NCBI GenBank assembly: GCA_003693705.1
Contig: RBZT01000607.1
Coordinates: forward strand, 1 to 64,000
Length of the DNA: 64,000 nt
Source: Polymyxa betae A26-41
Taxonomy: Eukaryota; Protista; Endomyxa: Phytomyxea
Direction: 5' to 3'
Both the position numbers and the translations under genes were made by a program. Shown here in pieces: positions 1 to 12,677 of the stretch; position 1 is the first letter of the stretch, and each line of letters opens with the position of its first letter. The notes beneath the pieces were generated by a model. The model was not told the DNA's origin. It saw only the letters and a program-made list of their open reading frames with translations, and did not search any database.

Positions 1-736
1 TGGTTTTGCAAGCCTGGTTGTTACAGGTTGGGGATTTGCAGACTTTGCATAGTCCTTTCTGTTTACTGGACGGTGCGGCGACTGGGTATTCTCGTTTTCC
101 GATGTAGTTAAATAATAAATTATTTTATAAGCTCCTAACCCTAAAACCCTCTGTATATTGCCTCCAAGTCTGTTACTGCTCTGAGCTCAGTGCAAACTCT
201 AACAGATTTTGGCAGCAGCCTCTCTAGGAGAAAACCTGTCATACAAACTCGGGGTGAAACCTGGGAAGACACTGTTCATATGGATGCCAATACGGAGCCG
301 AAATGAGCCTAATGGGAGACAATGACTTCGCTCCTGTTTCTCTCTGAATGTAACACAAGAGACAGCAAGACTTTTTATTTCGCAAACTTAGTTAAACAAC
401 GCAGTAGCGGATTAATACATAAAAAAATGCTTCGAGAGGGAATCGTGGCAATCAAACGAGATGTCCGCAGAATTATTTGAATCAGACATGCCGAGAAACT
501 CATTTCGGGCAGAATGAGTTTTAAATAATAAAAAACGGAAAGCAAACCCTAAGACGTTGACATCTATGACCGTGAATCCACACCATCAAACACTCTGTTT
601 CAGCTCGTGTACAGTCGCAGTATTTTTCGCAGCAACTTGGTACAAAGTGCGCAGCAACGCCGTACGCACTACGCAGGTTCGTGACTCGACCGCTGACCTG
701 TGACCATTCCCTGACGCCATTCTCATTTCCACTACA

Positions 737-2296
737 ATGTACGTTCCGGTCCTGGTCCTGATGGCTGCAGCCGTACTGGGCCTGGGGCGCGCGGCCTCCT
801 CGGCCGAGCCCGAATGCGGGTTCGATCGTCTCCCGGATGAGATTCTGGCCGTGATCCTGGCCGGCCTCTCCGTCACGGACTTGGGACATCTCAGTCTGAC
901 CTGCCGCCGCCTGCTGCCTCTGGGCCGTCACCAGGTCGTACCGGCCCTGTTCGAATCGCCCCTGATCCCGGACTACAAGATCTGCGAGCTCGCCCGTATC
1001 GTTGCCGTCCAGGTGCGATACGACCGCGAGACCGTCGCGCTCGTCCAGGAACTCCGTCCGCAACAGGTCCTGGTCCTATACCAGTCGATTATGTTGAGCA
1101 AATTGAAGGACAAGGAGAAGGCCGCGCTTCTGCGCTGTATGATTCGAAGACTTGGCCTGACCTTGATGAATGATGTGGCGGTGTTTCTGGACAGGGCTTG
1201 TTTCTGCAGTCATCTTTTGCCCGGACTTCCTGTCCTGGACGTTCCTGTTCCGCGACAGGAACTTCCCGAATCCGTCCTCGATGTCGTCGAGAAGTTCATC
1301 AAACCGAGACTGTCTTGGTTACAGCGAGGGCCCATGAGCCGATTCTACCTTCGGCAGGAAGCCGCGAAAGCTCGTCGAATCGAAAATCCTCATCTCAATG
1401 ATCTCAGAAACATCATCCGGCCTCTTTATCCGTCTCTGTTCTGTCATGCGCTCGGATACAGCATTTGGGTTGCCACGGCTCTTCTGCGATCGTTTCCCCG
1501 AGAATCGCATCCGCTTTCGGAAGCGAAGAATGTTCTGGCTCTGCGCCACTACGGGATCGTGCTCCCATTCGATCGCTACCTTGAGCATGTCGAGATTCCG
1601 CCCGAGTCCGTCGCGGACATCGCCCCATTGCTGCATTTCGACATTCCGGAAGTCCTGGCTCGATTGTGCCAGCTGGTCAAGGCCCACGGTACTGGCCCGG
1701 CCCAGGCCCTGGAATGGCTCAAGGTCCCGTTCATTCAGCGACGGATTTTCTTAAAGCCGAAGCTGTTCATTCGTTCCGCCTGTGATATGTTGGAATCTCG
1801 TAACACGGAGTTCTTCGAGAGTTTGTCCAAACTGCCATTCATGCCCCGGGTCATCGATCGATCGTGTTCCTGTGACGGCAAGCACACTCTTCTGGATAAA
1901 TCTTTTTCCCTCCAGTTGTACGATATTGTTAAAATTCTGATGCAGATTCCGAATGCGTCCCTGTTCCTGAAGAATCACCTCAATGCTTCCTTGTTCGACT
2001 ATTTTTTGCGGCATACTCTTCGTTATAATTGGGTCGCGGGAACTATCGAATTCGTAAAGTGCCCTGAGTTTATGAAGCTGATGCTCTCCAACATTCCAGC
2101 ATTGAAACGATCTCTTCTGTCTCATATTGATCCGGAGTATGTGAGATCGTTCCGGGCTCTTGTTGAACATCCCATCTATTGGAATATTCCAGAATATGTT
2201 CGATCTGAACTGATTCAATATTCAAGTGATCATGATAGTGACATCTATGAGATTTTATCTTCTGCCGAACAGCCTCTCATCACAGATTCAACTTGA
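737..2296 (+). CDS. Secreted F-box protein with probable ankyrin-like repeat (candidate effector), 519 aa, intronless
   Basis: Hydrophobic N-terminus MYVPVLVLMAAAVLGLGRAASSA, then the F-box motif FDRLPDEILAVILAGLSVTDLGHLSLTCRRL. The later segment DGKHTLLDKSFSLQLYDIVKILMQIP resembles an ankyrin repeat. AATAAA lies ~20 nt after the stop. Confidence 0.8.
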   Translation: MYVPVLVLMAAAVLGLGRAASSAEPECGFDRLPDEILAVILAGLSVTDLGHLSLTCRRLLPLGRHQVVPALFESPLIPDYKICELARIVAVQVRYDRETVALVQELRPQQVLVLYQSIMLSKLKDKEKAALLRCMIRRLGLTLMNDVAVFLDRACFCSHLLPGLPVLDVPVPRQELPESVLDVVEKFIKPRLSWLQRGPMSRFYLRQEAAKARRIENPHLNDLRNIIRPLYPSLFCHALGYSIWVATALLRSFPRESHPLSEAKNVLALRHYGIVLPFDRYLEHVEIPPESVADIAPLLHFDIPEVLARLCQLVKAHGTGPAQALEWLKVPFIQRRIFLKPKLFIRSACDMLESRNTEFFESLSKLPFMPRVIDRSCSCDGKHTLLDKSFSLQLYDIVKILMQIPNASLFLKNHLNASLFDYFLRHTLRYNWVAGTIEFVKCPEFMKLMLSNIPALKRSLLSHIDPEYVRSFRALVEHPIYWNIPEYVRSELIQYSSDHDSDIYEILSSAEQPLITDST

Positions 2297-3144
2297 AGCA
2301 TGTCCAATTTTTTTGCAATAAAACCCATCATTCGTCTTAGCTCTGTGTTTGCGCACTCACTTTTTCTGTAGAATCCTTCTAGATATTTCGTGGACCCAAA
2401 GATTCATTTCGCAGATTTTCACTGCAATCCGGAGATGCTGTGAATCGGTTTACCGCATCTCACGACTTCGATCCCAACAATGTTGATGTCGTCATTGTGA
2501 ACTAGGCCTGATAGGCGCCTATAACAAGTTTGTGAAGCGCGGAATCTTCATTCGGTTCCAGGACAGCGATAGTTTCGATATCGAACAGCATGGAATACAC
2601 CAGATGGATATCTGGATTTCCGATCAGCAGGTCATTGATCATATTGTATTCCATCATGCCGACAGCGATTCTGAGGAACGATCGCGAATCGGTCTTTCCT
2701 GTGAAATCTACATTAGAGCTCCATTATACTCCTAGAACTTGTTATGAATAAACCCGACCGATAGTTGCGTCTGGCACGAGTTTGTTCGATCACTTCTATA
2801 AGAAGTCAATACAAATAGTCACTCTGCTTTCTGCCCATATACCCCAAAATGCATTATTAAATCGGACATGATCCGGTCATTCTCGATCTAGAATATTAGG
2901 AATGAAGTGCCCATGCTACCGTAGTATAAGAATGTTGGCATAATGGAAGATGATACTTGTACACATTGCAGCAATGAATCCGAAAAAGTCGTCATTGGCA
3001 AGACCGATGACGAAGTGGGTATCGCTGCCCACGAAGTTCGTCGCCGAAGAGCGACGACCGCCCAGGAAGATCGCGAAAGACACCAGCAGCGCGAGTCAGC
3101 GCGATAAGAAACTGAAGAATCTCATCCGAGATATTGAGAATCAA

Positions 3145-3244
3145 GCACCACAGAGAACTCGGTAACGTCAGTACTGTCAGGATGGCTGCGCCGCACCACA
3201 GAGAACTCGGTAACGTCAGTACTCTCAGGATGGCTGCGCCGCAC
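3145..3244. repeat. 48-bp tandem duplication (2 copies)
   Basis: GCACCACAGAGAACTCGGTAACGTCAGTACT(G/C)TCAGGATGGCTGCGCC at 3145 and 3193, one mismatch. Confidence 0.95.
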
Positions 3245-4240
3245 TTGACTCGTTTTACCATTTCGATGTTCTCATAATCTGGTGTTTATGGGGATTCCAT
3301 TCGCTGCCTATAGGTCAGCTTTCACTTCCGACGTGGATACGCTCTTTGAAGCACTTTTTATTTACTGTTTCAATTATCATTGAAAGTCTGCAGATAGCTT
3401 CGCCTTGTTGAAAAAATCATTTATCTTTAGATGTTCGTTTCTCGGTTTTGCACCAATTAACAGAGGCTTACATCCGGTTTTCCCTTTGTAAGAAACTCAG
3501 CTCCCTTTTCCTTGACAAAACGCAGCCATTATTGTGGTTTATCCATTTGTTTGTGACACGTTTATAGCTGTCATCTGAATTCTATGCTCCGGGATACGTT
3601 GATGCCAGTGGAAATGAGGGAATGCAGCCGTCCCGGATCGTACAAAGGTATCTACGTGGACGATTCGCTCTTGATCTCATCGTGACTCTCTCGAATTTGC
3701 GATTTGTATAACGGAAACTGATAATGAGGCAGAGGGCAAAAAGTTGACCAACCCGTTAAACAAAGAAATGCAATGAGCCAATGAGCACAGGGTAAACGTT
3801 TAACAGCATTCCAAATCATTTCGATAATAGGCTTTCGCTTCCGAGGTATCATTGCTCCAGTTGCTCTTTGATGGAATGCTGGATCCGAGCACGGCTCGCT
3901 GGGGCAGACCGGGCCACACTACCCGTCTGCTATTCCATATCGTTGGCAGAAATCCCTTCTCAGAACGAGCATGACGGAGGCACGAGAACAATTTTCCGAA
4001 CATCAGGCAGAAATTGTTTATTGCAATGTCACCCCCTTGTCAACTCTGGTATTCCGTAAGTGAGGTCTCATCCAAAGACGCATCGACAGATTCCAGATGC
4101 TCTGAAGTCCACTCCAGGAATTTCCGGACATTGTTTGAGCTTTGGTTTTTACTGAATAGAGACTTCATCTTCTCTAAATAAAAGTTTGGTTTCAAAGAGC
4201 CTTGTAAGCTGCTCATCTCATGCGAAGAATCATCGCTATC

Positions 4241-5913
4241 CTAATGGTGCTCTGCAATTCCGTATTCAGAGATACAAAACGAACAAGAACCAATTCGCAG
4301 ACCTTTGATAGCACCCAGATCGGGTGATGGCATAAAAACCGACAGAGCGGAGCCGGAGGTCCAGCACGCCAGCGCCTGAACAACGCTGGGCGCGGTGCGG
4401 AACAACGCCCGGGCAATGCTACAGACTGCGAGAGAAGCGAGTTTGTTGCCGGACTCGACAATCGCGTGCGGGTAGCCGCAATGAATAAACCGCAGGACGG
4501 CCAGATGACTAGTGTTGCGAACGCCAAATTTCTCCGGTTGGTCTCCGATGACTGTTCCGAAGTAGGGCCGCATCTTGAAAGTAATTTTCGTCGAATCCGT
4601 GTGAGGGAAATTGGTTTCATCATAATAATCGACCAAGATCTGGAACAATTCTTCGAGCGATAAGGAGCTAGTACGAACTAAATGAGCAATGAAATTCGCT
4701 GCCAAATTGGTGCGAAGAGCAGCATGTGGCTCATAGGAAAGTGGCAGCAGACAAACGATAATGTATGGATCATCGACATCGTTCTTTGATTGTTCGTTGA
4801 GCTCAGATATGTATCTGTCACAAGAAGTAAGGCCGAATTGAGCAAAGGCCGCAATGAAAATAAAAACTTCATGAAGATAATGATGCTGATCTGAAAAACT
4901 TGGATCCATGAAAAGAATTTTAAAACGAAAGACAGTTTCATAGAAATTGTAAAATTATCGAACTAAATAGCAGAGCGGACGGACTGTTGGAGAATGATAC
5001 GCCACATGTGTAGAATTTCAGTAGGACGGGCACCGGGAACATTACGTAGAACATCTTCATCCAAGGGCTCGGTATAGAATACCACACACGCAGTCCGAGT
5101 TAAAACAGAATCGAATTTGGGCCCGTACGGACATGATCGCCTTTGAAAATACATCAGCCTGTTGATCACAAGTAGCGTTAGCAAAGATTCCGATGAACGT
5201 TGACAATAGCAGACCATCTCGGGAATACATATTCATAGAGAAATGTGGATTATGAATGACCATCAATATTGCAAAGAAGGATAGAATCCACAGAGGTCCA
5301 GATATTGGAATCATCCCTACACAAAAACTGTGTGAATCATTAGAAGTTATAAGAAAGACGAAGTTCACCTTTGTCCGTGAGAAAACAACTCGAGAGCAAA
5401 CTCAGGCGGGAATGTGATATTTTTGATGCTGTACCATGATCAATATCAGGAATAGCTGGCACAAATAGCTGTAAAACTTTTTGGAAGAAATTTTGGAAAA
5501 CATTTTTACAAAAGAGAATCGGAAAATCATCCCTACTTGAGAAGATTATCGATAAGTTTGCACTCTTCGTCACTATCAGCATTGGTAAACGAAGCTGGAG
5601 GAATCTCTCGCAGTGTCTTGGAGAAGTCCCAATCAACTGGTTGTGGTCCCAGGGCGGCCTCCGACAATGCCAGAAGTAACGAATCACCGTCATGCCACGT
5701 TATAGTCGATGAAGCCGGCAGGCTCTGTATCCTATCCCGCAGCGATTCCCATTGTACATTAGAAGATGGTAGCTCCGTATAATGGCGGACATCCCTTATC
5801 AGCTTCACAATATGACCATGCTGATCGGGTTCCGGATTCACAGGTGATGCGGTAAGGCCACTGCGCAGAAGCAGAGTCAGCACGACCCACGCCAGTTGTG
5901 AGGACCAGATCAT
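4241..5913 (-). pseudogene. Probable disrupted secreted-protein gene
   Basis: Signal-peptide-like start MIWSSQLAWVVLTLLLRSGLTA-SP at 5913, then abutting minus-strand ORF pieces (5533-5913, 5340-5550, 4241-4909) separated by frameshifts and stops. No recognisable domain. Confidence 0.4.
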
Positions 5914-6592
5914 GATCACGAAAAGAGCAGTAGTTGATTGGTCAAATTAATAGCCGAGTCAGCGGCGGCGTCTAAGACAGATTATAGGAGGCCTGAGACA
6001 GTTGGGCAATCAAGTGTTAAGGATCGAAGAAGATCGTGGTTTTGAGAGTTCTACAAAGTTGATGTTGGCAATAGACAGTGAAATCAAGTCTGTCAAATTG
6101 AGTATTCCGAATGAGAGGTAGAATCCTAATCGGATGAGAACGATTAATCCCGTAGGCTCATGTTTTGACTAATCCATAATAATCCAAAAATCTCATCCGT
6201 TAGTAAGAAATCTACCAGAAATTGCTGATTAATCCGACAATTTGAAAGGGCATCGTTTATAGCAATATGATCCAGAATCTTTCAATCCAGTCCAAGAATA
6301 CTCTGTATAATATCATATCATACAAGCAAGATCATTATTGACGTTACGGTAAGGGTCTGAAATTTTCCAAACTTTGATAGACTTTTGAGTTTGGAAAAGA
6401 GCTTAAAATCTCCCTCGTCTGACATAATGATGCTTTGACCGCACCTAAGACTTGCAGCAAACAGAAATCATCGAGCACTTCCTCGTAAGAATCTCCACCA
6501 ATGAGGTGTAACATAAACGTGCGTGACCCCTCTCCATTTGATCGGGGCTGTCTCTACGAGATCCTCACCTTCTGCAATCTGCGGACGCTGAA

Positions 6593-6930
6593 TTAAATCC
6601 TTTGAAAACACTTGAGGTTTTGTTGAACAAAGAACCCTTTAGTGACCTGACTGTAACTACCAATAATTTTCGGTTCTGTAGCCAAAAAATTTTCCGTGGG
6701 CCCGATCGCCGAAATCTGAAAAAAAAAATGAATATTGTCCGACCAATAGGAGTGATACATCAGGCTCAAAACCTGTTGTAGTAATCGGCATTCAGATCGC
6801 GGAAGTGATTCGAACACCAGCACAAGAGACACATTGCTGGAACGAGCGCTTCCTCAGAGCTGTGTATGGGATCGACAAATGAAAACCTCCTCCTTCTGAG
6901 CTCTTCGCTATAGTCCAGATAGCCGGGTTA
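6593..6930 (+). pseudogene. Relic of BTB/POZ family gene
   Basis: Translates to LNPLKTLEVLLNKEPFSDLTVT and FLRAVYGIDK*KPPPSELFAIVQIAG. These match VLQTIFNQPGFSDLTLV and FLKSIYGLYQPNPGQIEECFAIAQIAD of the 15701-16626 gene. Contains stops and frameshifts. Confidence 0.7.
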
Positions 6931-7207
6931 GGGCTGGACTTTCAAGATTCTTCGTCACAGGAAGTTCATCTTCGGTGATGGTCATAATCAAGCGCAAAAA
7001 TCTCCCTCCCCGCTTGAATGATTTTGAGTATTACACTTTGACGATGCAGATTTCAAGTTGTTCAGTTTTTCAAATCTTGTTCGAGCATAGTATTAGCTCT
7101 AAGCCGAAATGAAAACCTTTGTTGTTAGGATTCCATTCAAATGATTCCTTCTCTCAGCTTGACCATTGTCATACGGTATCTATAGGTCCGCATTAGCTAT
7201 TAGTGAT

Positions 7208-7460
7208 ATGAGAGCGGCGAAGGTGACGATGGTGCCTTCGTCGGTGGCTACCAGGCGGCTGTTCCTTGGGATTGGCTTGCCGCGGTACCTGGCGTGTTGT
7301 ACGGTGGCGATCACATCGCTGCTGGCCGGAGCTACTGTCGTCCATCACATCATCAAACCCGATCTGGTAAGCAAGCTCTTCTTGATCTGCTTGCTTAATC
7401 AGAATGTTTAATTATTATCAGCATATCCCCGAAATTGCTCAACCCGATTCGCAAGATTAA
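7208..7460 (+). CDS. BRAWNIN/UQCC6 (C12orf73, DUF4516)-like mitochondrial micropeptide; exons 7208-7366 and 7422-7460
   Basis: Spliced product ...YLACCTVAITSLLAGATVVHHIIKPDL|HIPEIAQPDSQD* matches the family signature GAxVVHxxxxPDLxIP. 55-nt GTAAGC...CAG intron. The start may instead be the ATG at 7229. Confidence 0.8.
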
Positions 7461-7878
7461 GATGCTTTCAGCAAATGATAAACTTTAAATCTGTATTTTT
7501 CGCCAAGGCGAGATTGCTCCAATCGGTTCTTTTTTCGAAGATTTTATACAATATTTGAAGATTTCAAGGTTACCAACAATACGATCTATGGCTCGCAGGG
7601 GCCGTCCTTTCAACAGAATGCTCTACTAACGATAGCGGACAACTATAGCGAACTGAATCACCTCTCATGTTGTTTCACAGACTAATGTTTAACTCTACTT
7701 CAGATTCCTACCGCCTAGAACGAAACCTGTCGGAAGATCATTTATTCGTGATCGAAAACCGTATCTGAATATCTCATTCGTCATTAGTCTGGCGCGTGCC
7801 AAGAACATCGTCGTTTGCTCATAGCGGCGACGATCGTCCAGGCAGACGGCGTTGGCGTGATCGCCTTCCTGTCTCGGC

Positions 7879-10800
7879 ATGGGGAACAAATCCAGCAAGA
7901 ACGCCGAATATCAGCGCCTGCGGGCCAAATGTACGTCGTGCTGGCCCCCTGGCGTCCATTCTGGCTGACAGCGTTTCGTTTAGTTGATAATAAGGAGCTG
8001 GCCGTGCTGCAGCAGGCGTTCCAAGACCTAGCTCAACGAAGCAGCAGCAAAAAGATCGATAAGCTGACATTCACGAAGGTGTTCCAGCTGCCCGGCATCC
8101 TCGGCGACCGCCTCTTCTCGGCCTTCGATCGGAAGAATATCGGCGCCATCGACTGGGAGGAGTTCATCGGCGGTCTCGGCTTGATCGTTCGCGGAAACCT
8201 TGATGAGAAGGTCCATTTTTATTAGCTTTTCTGTTTTTTTTGAATTACTGTATCGATTGTTGTGGATTTTGAAAGCTTTTTAAACATCTCTTGTTCGACT
8301 TGATGACATTGCTAAGTTGTGCTGTCAAATTCCCGACTTTAAATTGTTTTGCTTTTTTGCTTTTGCTCTTGAGTTGTTCTATTCTTTCCCTCTTTGCTTT
8401 CGTTTGGATGATCATGGTTGCGCTCAGATCGATTTCTTATTTCGCATGTACGACATGAACGGGCTTGGCTATCTAACGCGGACTGAACTGACGACGATGT
8501 TGAACTCGGTGATGTTTGCTGCCTATACTATCGTGGACGCCAGCATGGATGGAGATAACTTATCTGCAGAAACCGTTCAGAAACTCAACGAAAAGGTCTG
8601 CAGTTTGAAACTCTCTTCTTTTCGACAGAAAATCATTGCCTTGCAATCTGTTTTCATTTAAACAAAATCGTTCAAAGTTTAAGCTTTCTTTTTTTGTGAA
8701 GTTTCGTTTATCTTTGAGGTGCTTTTTGTTTACGAAATGGGTTTGTGCCGTACTGAACCACGACGTCTTCTTAGGTCCAATTGCTGGTGTCGAGTGCGTT
8801 CTCAGGGCTGGATTCGGATCGTCTCTGGCAGGGCCAGTTCAAACAATGGGTCGGTCGATGTCTATGACGACGACCTCGCTGATGGCATTGTCGAACAGGT
8901 CGTGGAGCACACTGAGACGCTCGATTTCCTAGATTTGGTCTTCCAGTCGAATGGATCGGCGCCCACGCCCGAAGCCCACAGCCATCGCGGCCATCAGAAG
9001 CGCCCTTCATCCTTTGACAAAGAGAAGATCACGTTTGATGGTGTAATGTCACCCTGAAGATTTTTCCGTTTGGGGGAATAGTTGTTTTTGCTTTTATTAG
9101 AGTTCTGTCATTTGGAGATTTCGTGTTTGTCTTTTGCCTTTCTATTTCAATAATGTCGATCATGGAAACGCTAATGCATTGTGTTTAGCATTTTTCAAGT
9201 TTCCTCCTTCTATCGTGCTATATCTTTCGACTTTGTGAGATTACATTGTTTTGTTTCATCTGAGGAATGGGGCACTGAATGTCGTATTAGATTTTGCATT
9301 CGAGCAGCCCAGCACTATCCCGAAATGCAAGTTTTCGTCAACATAACACCGCCCCGGTCAGCCGCCTGCGAAAAGCTTCCAGCGTCCTCAGCAATGCTTT
9401 CCTAAAGACCCTGACTGGCTCCGAACCGACGAGCCAGTCTCCCCATGCCCATAGGCGCCACCCCAGTGAAACCCTGGAACGCGATAGGTTCGCCCTCCAT
9501 TCTATTTTAACTCTTTTCTTCTTTATTATTCACACTGAGATTGGTCTTGTCAGTGCATTTTTTTGTTCCATATTTTGCAGATTAATTTTTTCTCTTTTAA
9601 TGCTGCATTATGAACTTGTCTCAGAGAATCCTTCTTGTTATATTGTGCTTTTCGCTTCTTTATTTTGGTACTTTGCTGGTGTTGCAGTTCTTTCACGTCA
9701 TTTTCGGTTCCTTGTGGACGTTTTATGTTGCTCATGTTTCATTCGAAATTCCAATAACTGATTGAAATTAGTTATGGAATGCACCTCACTTGTCAGGCCT
9801 GTCATTACCCGATCTCAATTCGTAACTGCTGTCGGTGTGGGAAGCCGTTACTATCAACCGGGAGTAACATCATCACGTGCCGGGATTGCTGCGCTCTGGG
9901 CATGCAATGGGCCTGTACGCATTGCATGCATTGTGGGTTCGACCTGTCGTTGAACGATAAACCACTGGAGCCGATGTTCGGTCGAGGGTAGGAGATTTTT
10001 CCTACGATGAAATATCTCTGATTCTGTCTAGGCTACCGGAAGACGGCAGCTGCCAGATAGAAGGATGGCTCTACAAGATCGGAAGCATGTTTAAGGTCGG
10101 ATTGAGTTTGGCTTTCATTTCGAATTCATCGCAGTTGTTTACACTTTGTCGTGCTCGCCTTTCACTTTTTTCATTTGTATTGAATCTGGTTCGCTGTTCA
10201 GTGTTCTGGAATTGTGATGTTATTCGCCTTTCATCCTGTTGCATTCTAATTTTTTTTCTTCGTCTTCTGTTCAATGTTTCGCTTTACTGTTTCACGTAAT
10301 TCAAGATCTCATTTTCGTATGGTATTCTAACAATGTTTTGATGTTTTCATCTTTGCATCCAAATTTCTTCCTTCAAGCAAAACACTGATATCAGTTCGCA
10401 CAGAAACTGAAATACCGATGGTTCATGATCAAGGACAACTTTCTATACACGTTCCACAGCGACAGGGACGTACGACCGACCGGGTTGCTCTGCCTGGAGG
10501 GATGTTTCGTGGAGCCCGTCGATCATGGCGGACGCAATCCTCGTATGAAGTTCGGCATTGAGGTGTCAATGCCGACTTTCGATCACACCGTCTCGCGCTT
10601 CTTCTACGCTAAGGATGAACAAACGCAGAATGATTGGTGCGTCGCTTTTCGTCACGCTGCTCGTCAGTTCGTACTCGAGGTAATGCTACGTCTGGTTCAG
10701 CATTTCCCAGTTAACACAATGTCTCTCAAGCTTTTCAAATGCGGTTTGATTTTATAGCCAAGGTGACTGAGATACGTCAGGATTATTATGAGATTGGAGC

Positions 10801-12677
10801 GCAGCTCGGCACTGGGAAGTTTTCATCGGTCTGTGGCTGTACACACAAAGTTTCACAAAAAAAGTATGCTGTCAAGATCATCGACAAATCCGGTAATTGT
10901 TTTCGGTTAACTTGATGTTATCCTATATATCTGTCTTTTTTCTGTTGGTATCTGCTGACGTTTCAATCAACGCATCAAGATTGGAGTACTGACCCATCTG
11001 TAGGTATGAGCGATACGGAGCGGGAGATGCTGCGCACTGAGATCGCCGTTCTCCAGCTTATCCATCATCCAAACGTCATCCACCTGAAGAACGTTTTCGA
11101 GACCCGAACCAAGATCTTCATTATCACCACACTTGTTGAAGGTGTGTTCACGTTTCTGTCATTAATTTTGTTTTGTGCTTCAGTTTTGCCAAGTCTTGAA
11201 CTAAATAGGTTTCCTGTGTTTTGTGTTTGAGCGTCTCTCCCTTCCAATGTCTTTCGTAATTATTCGAAATAATCGATTTTTGTTTCCCAAACAGCGCTGA
11301 GCTTTAACTGTATTCGCATCAGGTGGAGATCTGTTCGAGCGGATACTGAAGCGGCACCGGTTCACAGAATTCGCAGCACGGTCTGTCGTTCGGCAGCTGC
11401 TAACTGCGGTCCAATACTTACACGAACGCGGTATCGTACACAGGTTCGTCACTCCTTTTTGTATATTAAAGACGATAACGTTTCCGGTCAGGGATTTGAA
11501 GCCGGAAAACATCATGATGATATCTCCGGATTCCGACATGGATATTCAGGTTTCTGAAAAAAATTTAGCTCTTCCAAACAGCACCGTTCTTGTTCTGACC
11601 TGTTTCTTTCTGTTGGTTTCAGAATAGTTGGATTTATGATCCTGCTGTGTTCAGGTCGGTGATTTTGGCTTGAGTAAGTTCGCGGCGCCGAACGAGTCCA
11701 TGAGCATGCCATGCGGGACGCTGGCGTACGTAGCCCCGGAAGTTCTGACCCAGGTCGGGTACGGCAAGGAAGTCGACCTCTGGTCCATTGGTGTCATCAT
11801 GTACGTCCTGTTACGAGGCCGGCTACCTTTTGAGGCCAAAAACAAGGACGAAATGATCGATAGGGTTCGTACTGGTCCAAAAATATAGAGCTTCTGGCGA
11901 TCGAATAGCTTTTTCTGATGATTTTGAGTTTTTTCATCATTTTATTTCAGATTTTTTTGCCTAAGATCGATTGTTTCTTTTTGCCCAATATTATGATTTG
12001 GTCTCGTTTTGCTGTTTCTACTATGTGCTCAATTCGACTTTTCTGATGGTTTTGCTTGTTGAATGTTTGGCAACCTTGGCCAATTAACCGCGTCTTGATA
12101 CCGATCGATGATTCTTTAGACGATCAGCGGCAGACTGCCGATGGAAGGGGACCCTGTCTGGGTTCACATCTCCGAAGACGCCAAAAGCATGATCCGCAAG
12201 CTGCTCTGTCCGGATCCACGACGTCGCCTGACCGTCCTGCAGGCCCTGAACGAGCCCTGGATCCTGAACGAGCCCAAATCCGTTGAAGGCTTCCCAATGC
12301 CGGCCGCTGACACGTCATCATCGTCGACCTCAGGCTCATCCAATGCCATGACTGCCGCTACCGTACCCGTACGGCCCGAGGATGTGTGCCCACCGATTCC
12401 GGAACAGCACCGGTCGATGAGTTTGGAGCACGATCCAGTACGACTGACGGTCGATGCCGTATCATCAGCCATGGAGAATCCGTGGTCATTGCATACGGCG
12501 TCGCCGTCTGCATCGCAATCTCGCCCGGAGTGGGATTCGCTGCCTCCGAGCATGGCCGAGGATGGGACAACGTCGGCGATTGCTTCGCCACGATCGTGCT
12601 CGCCTGCGTCACGCTCTCTTCATATGGCGAGTTCCGCTGTGGATTGCAGCGGTGAAAATCTATCACCGTCTTCATAG
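7879..12677 (+). CDS. CDPK7-like kinase: N-myristoylation motif, EF-hands, Cys-rich region, PH domain, CAMK-group kinase, Ser/Pro-rich tail (multi-exon)
   Basis: MGNKSSK start. EF-hands DRKNIGAIDWEE and DMNGLGYLTRTE. CxxC cluster at 9779-9950. PH domain (EGWLYKIG...RWFMIKDNFLY...WCVAF). Kinase motifs GTGKF, AVKII, HRDLKPEN, DFG, APE and DLWSIG on successive exons with GT-AG borders. Not every exon border was resolved. Confidence 0.9.
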
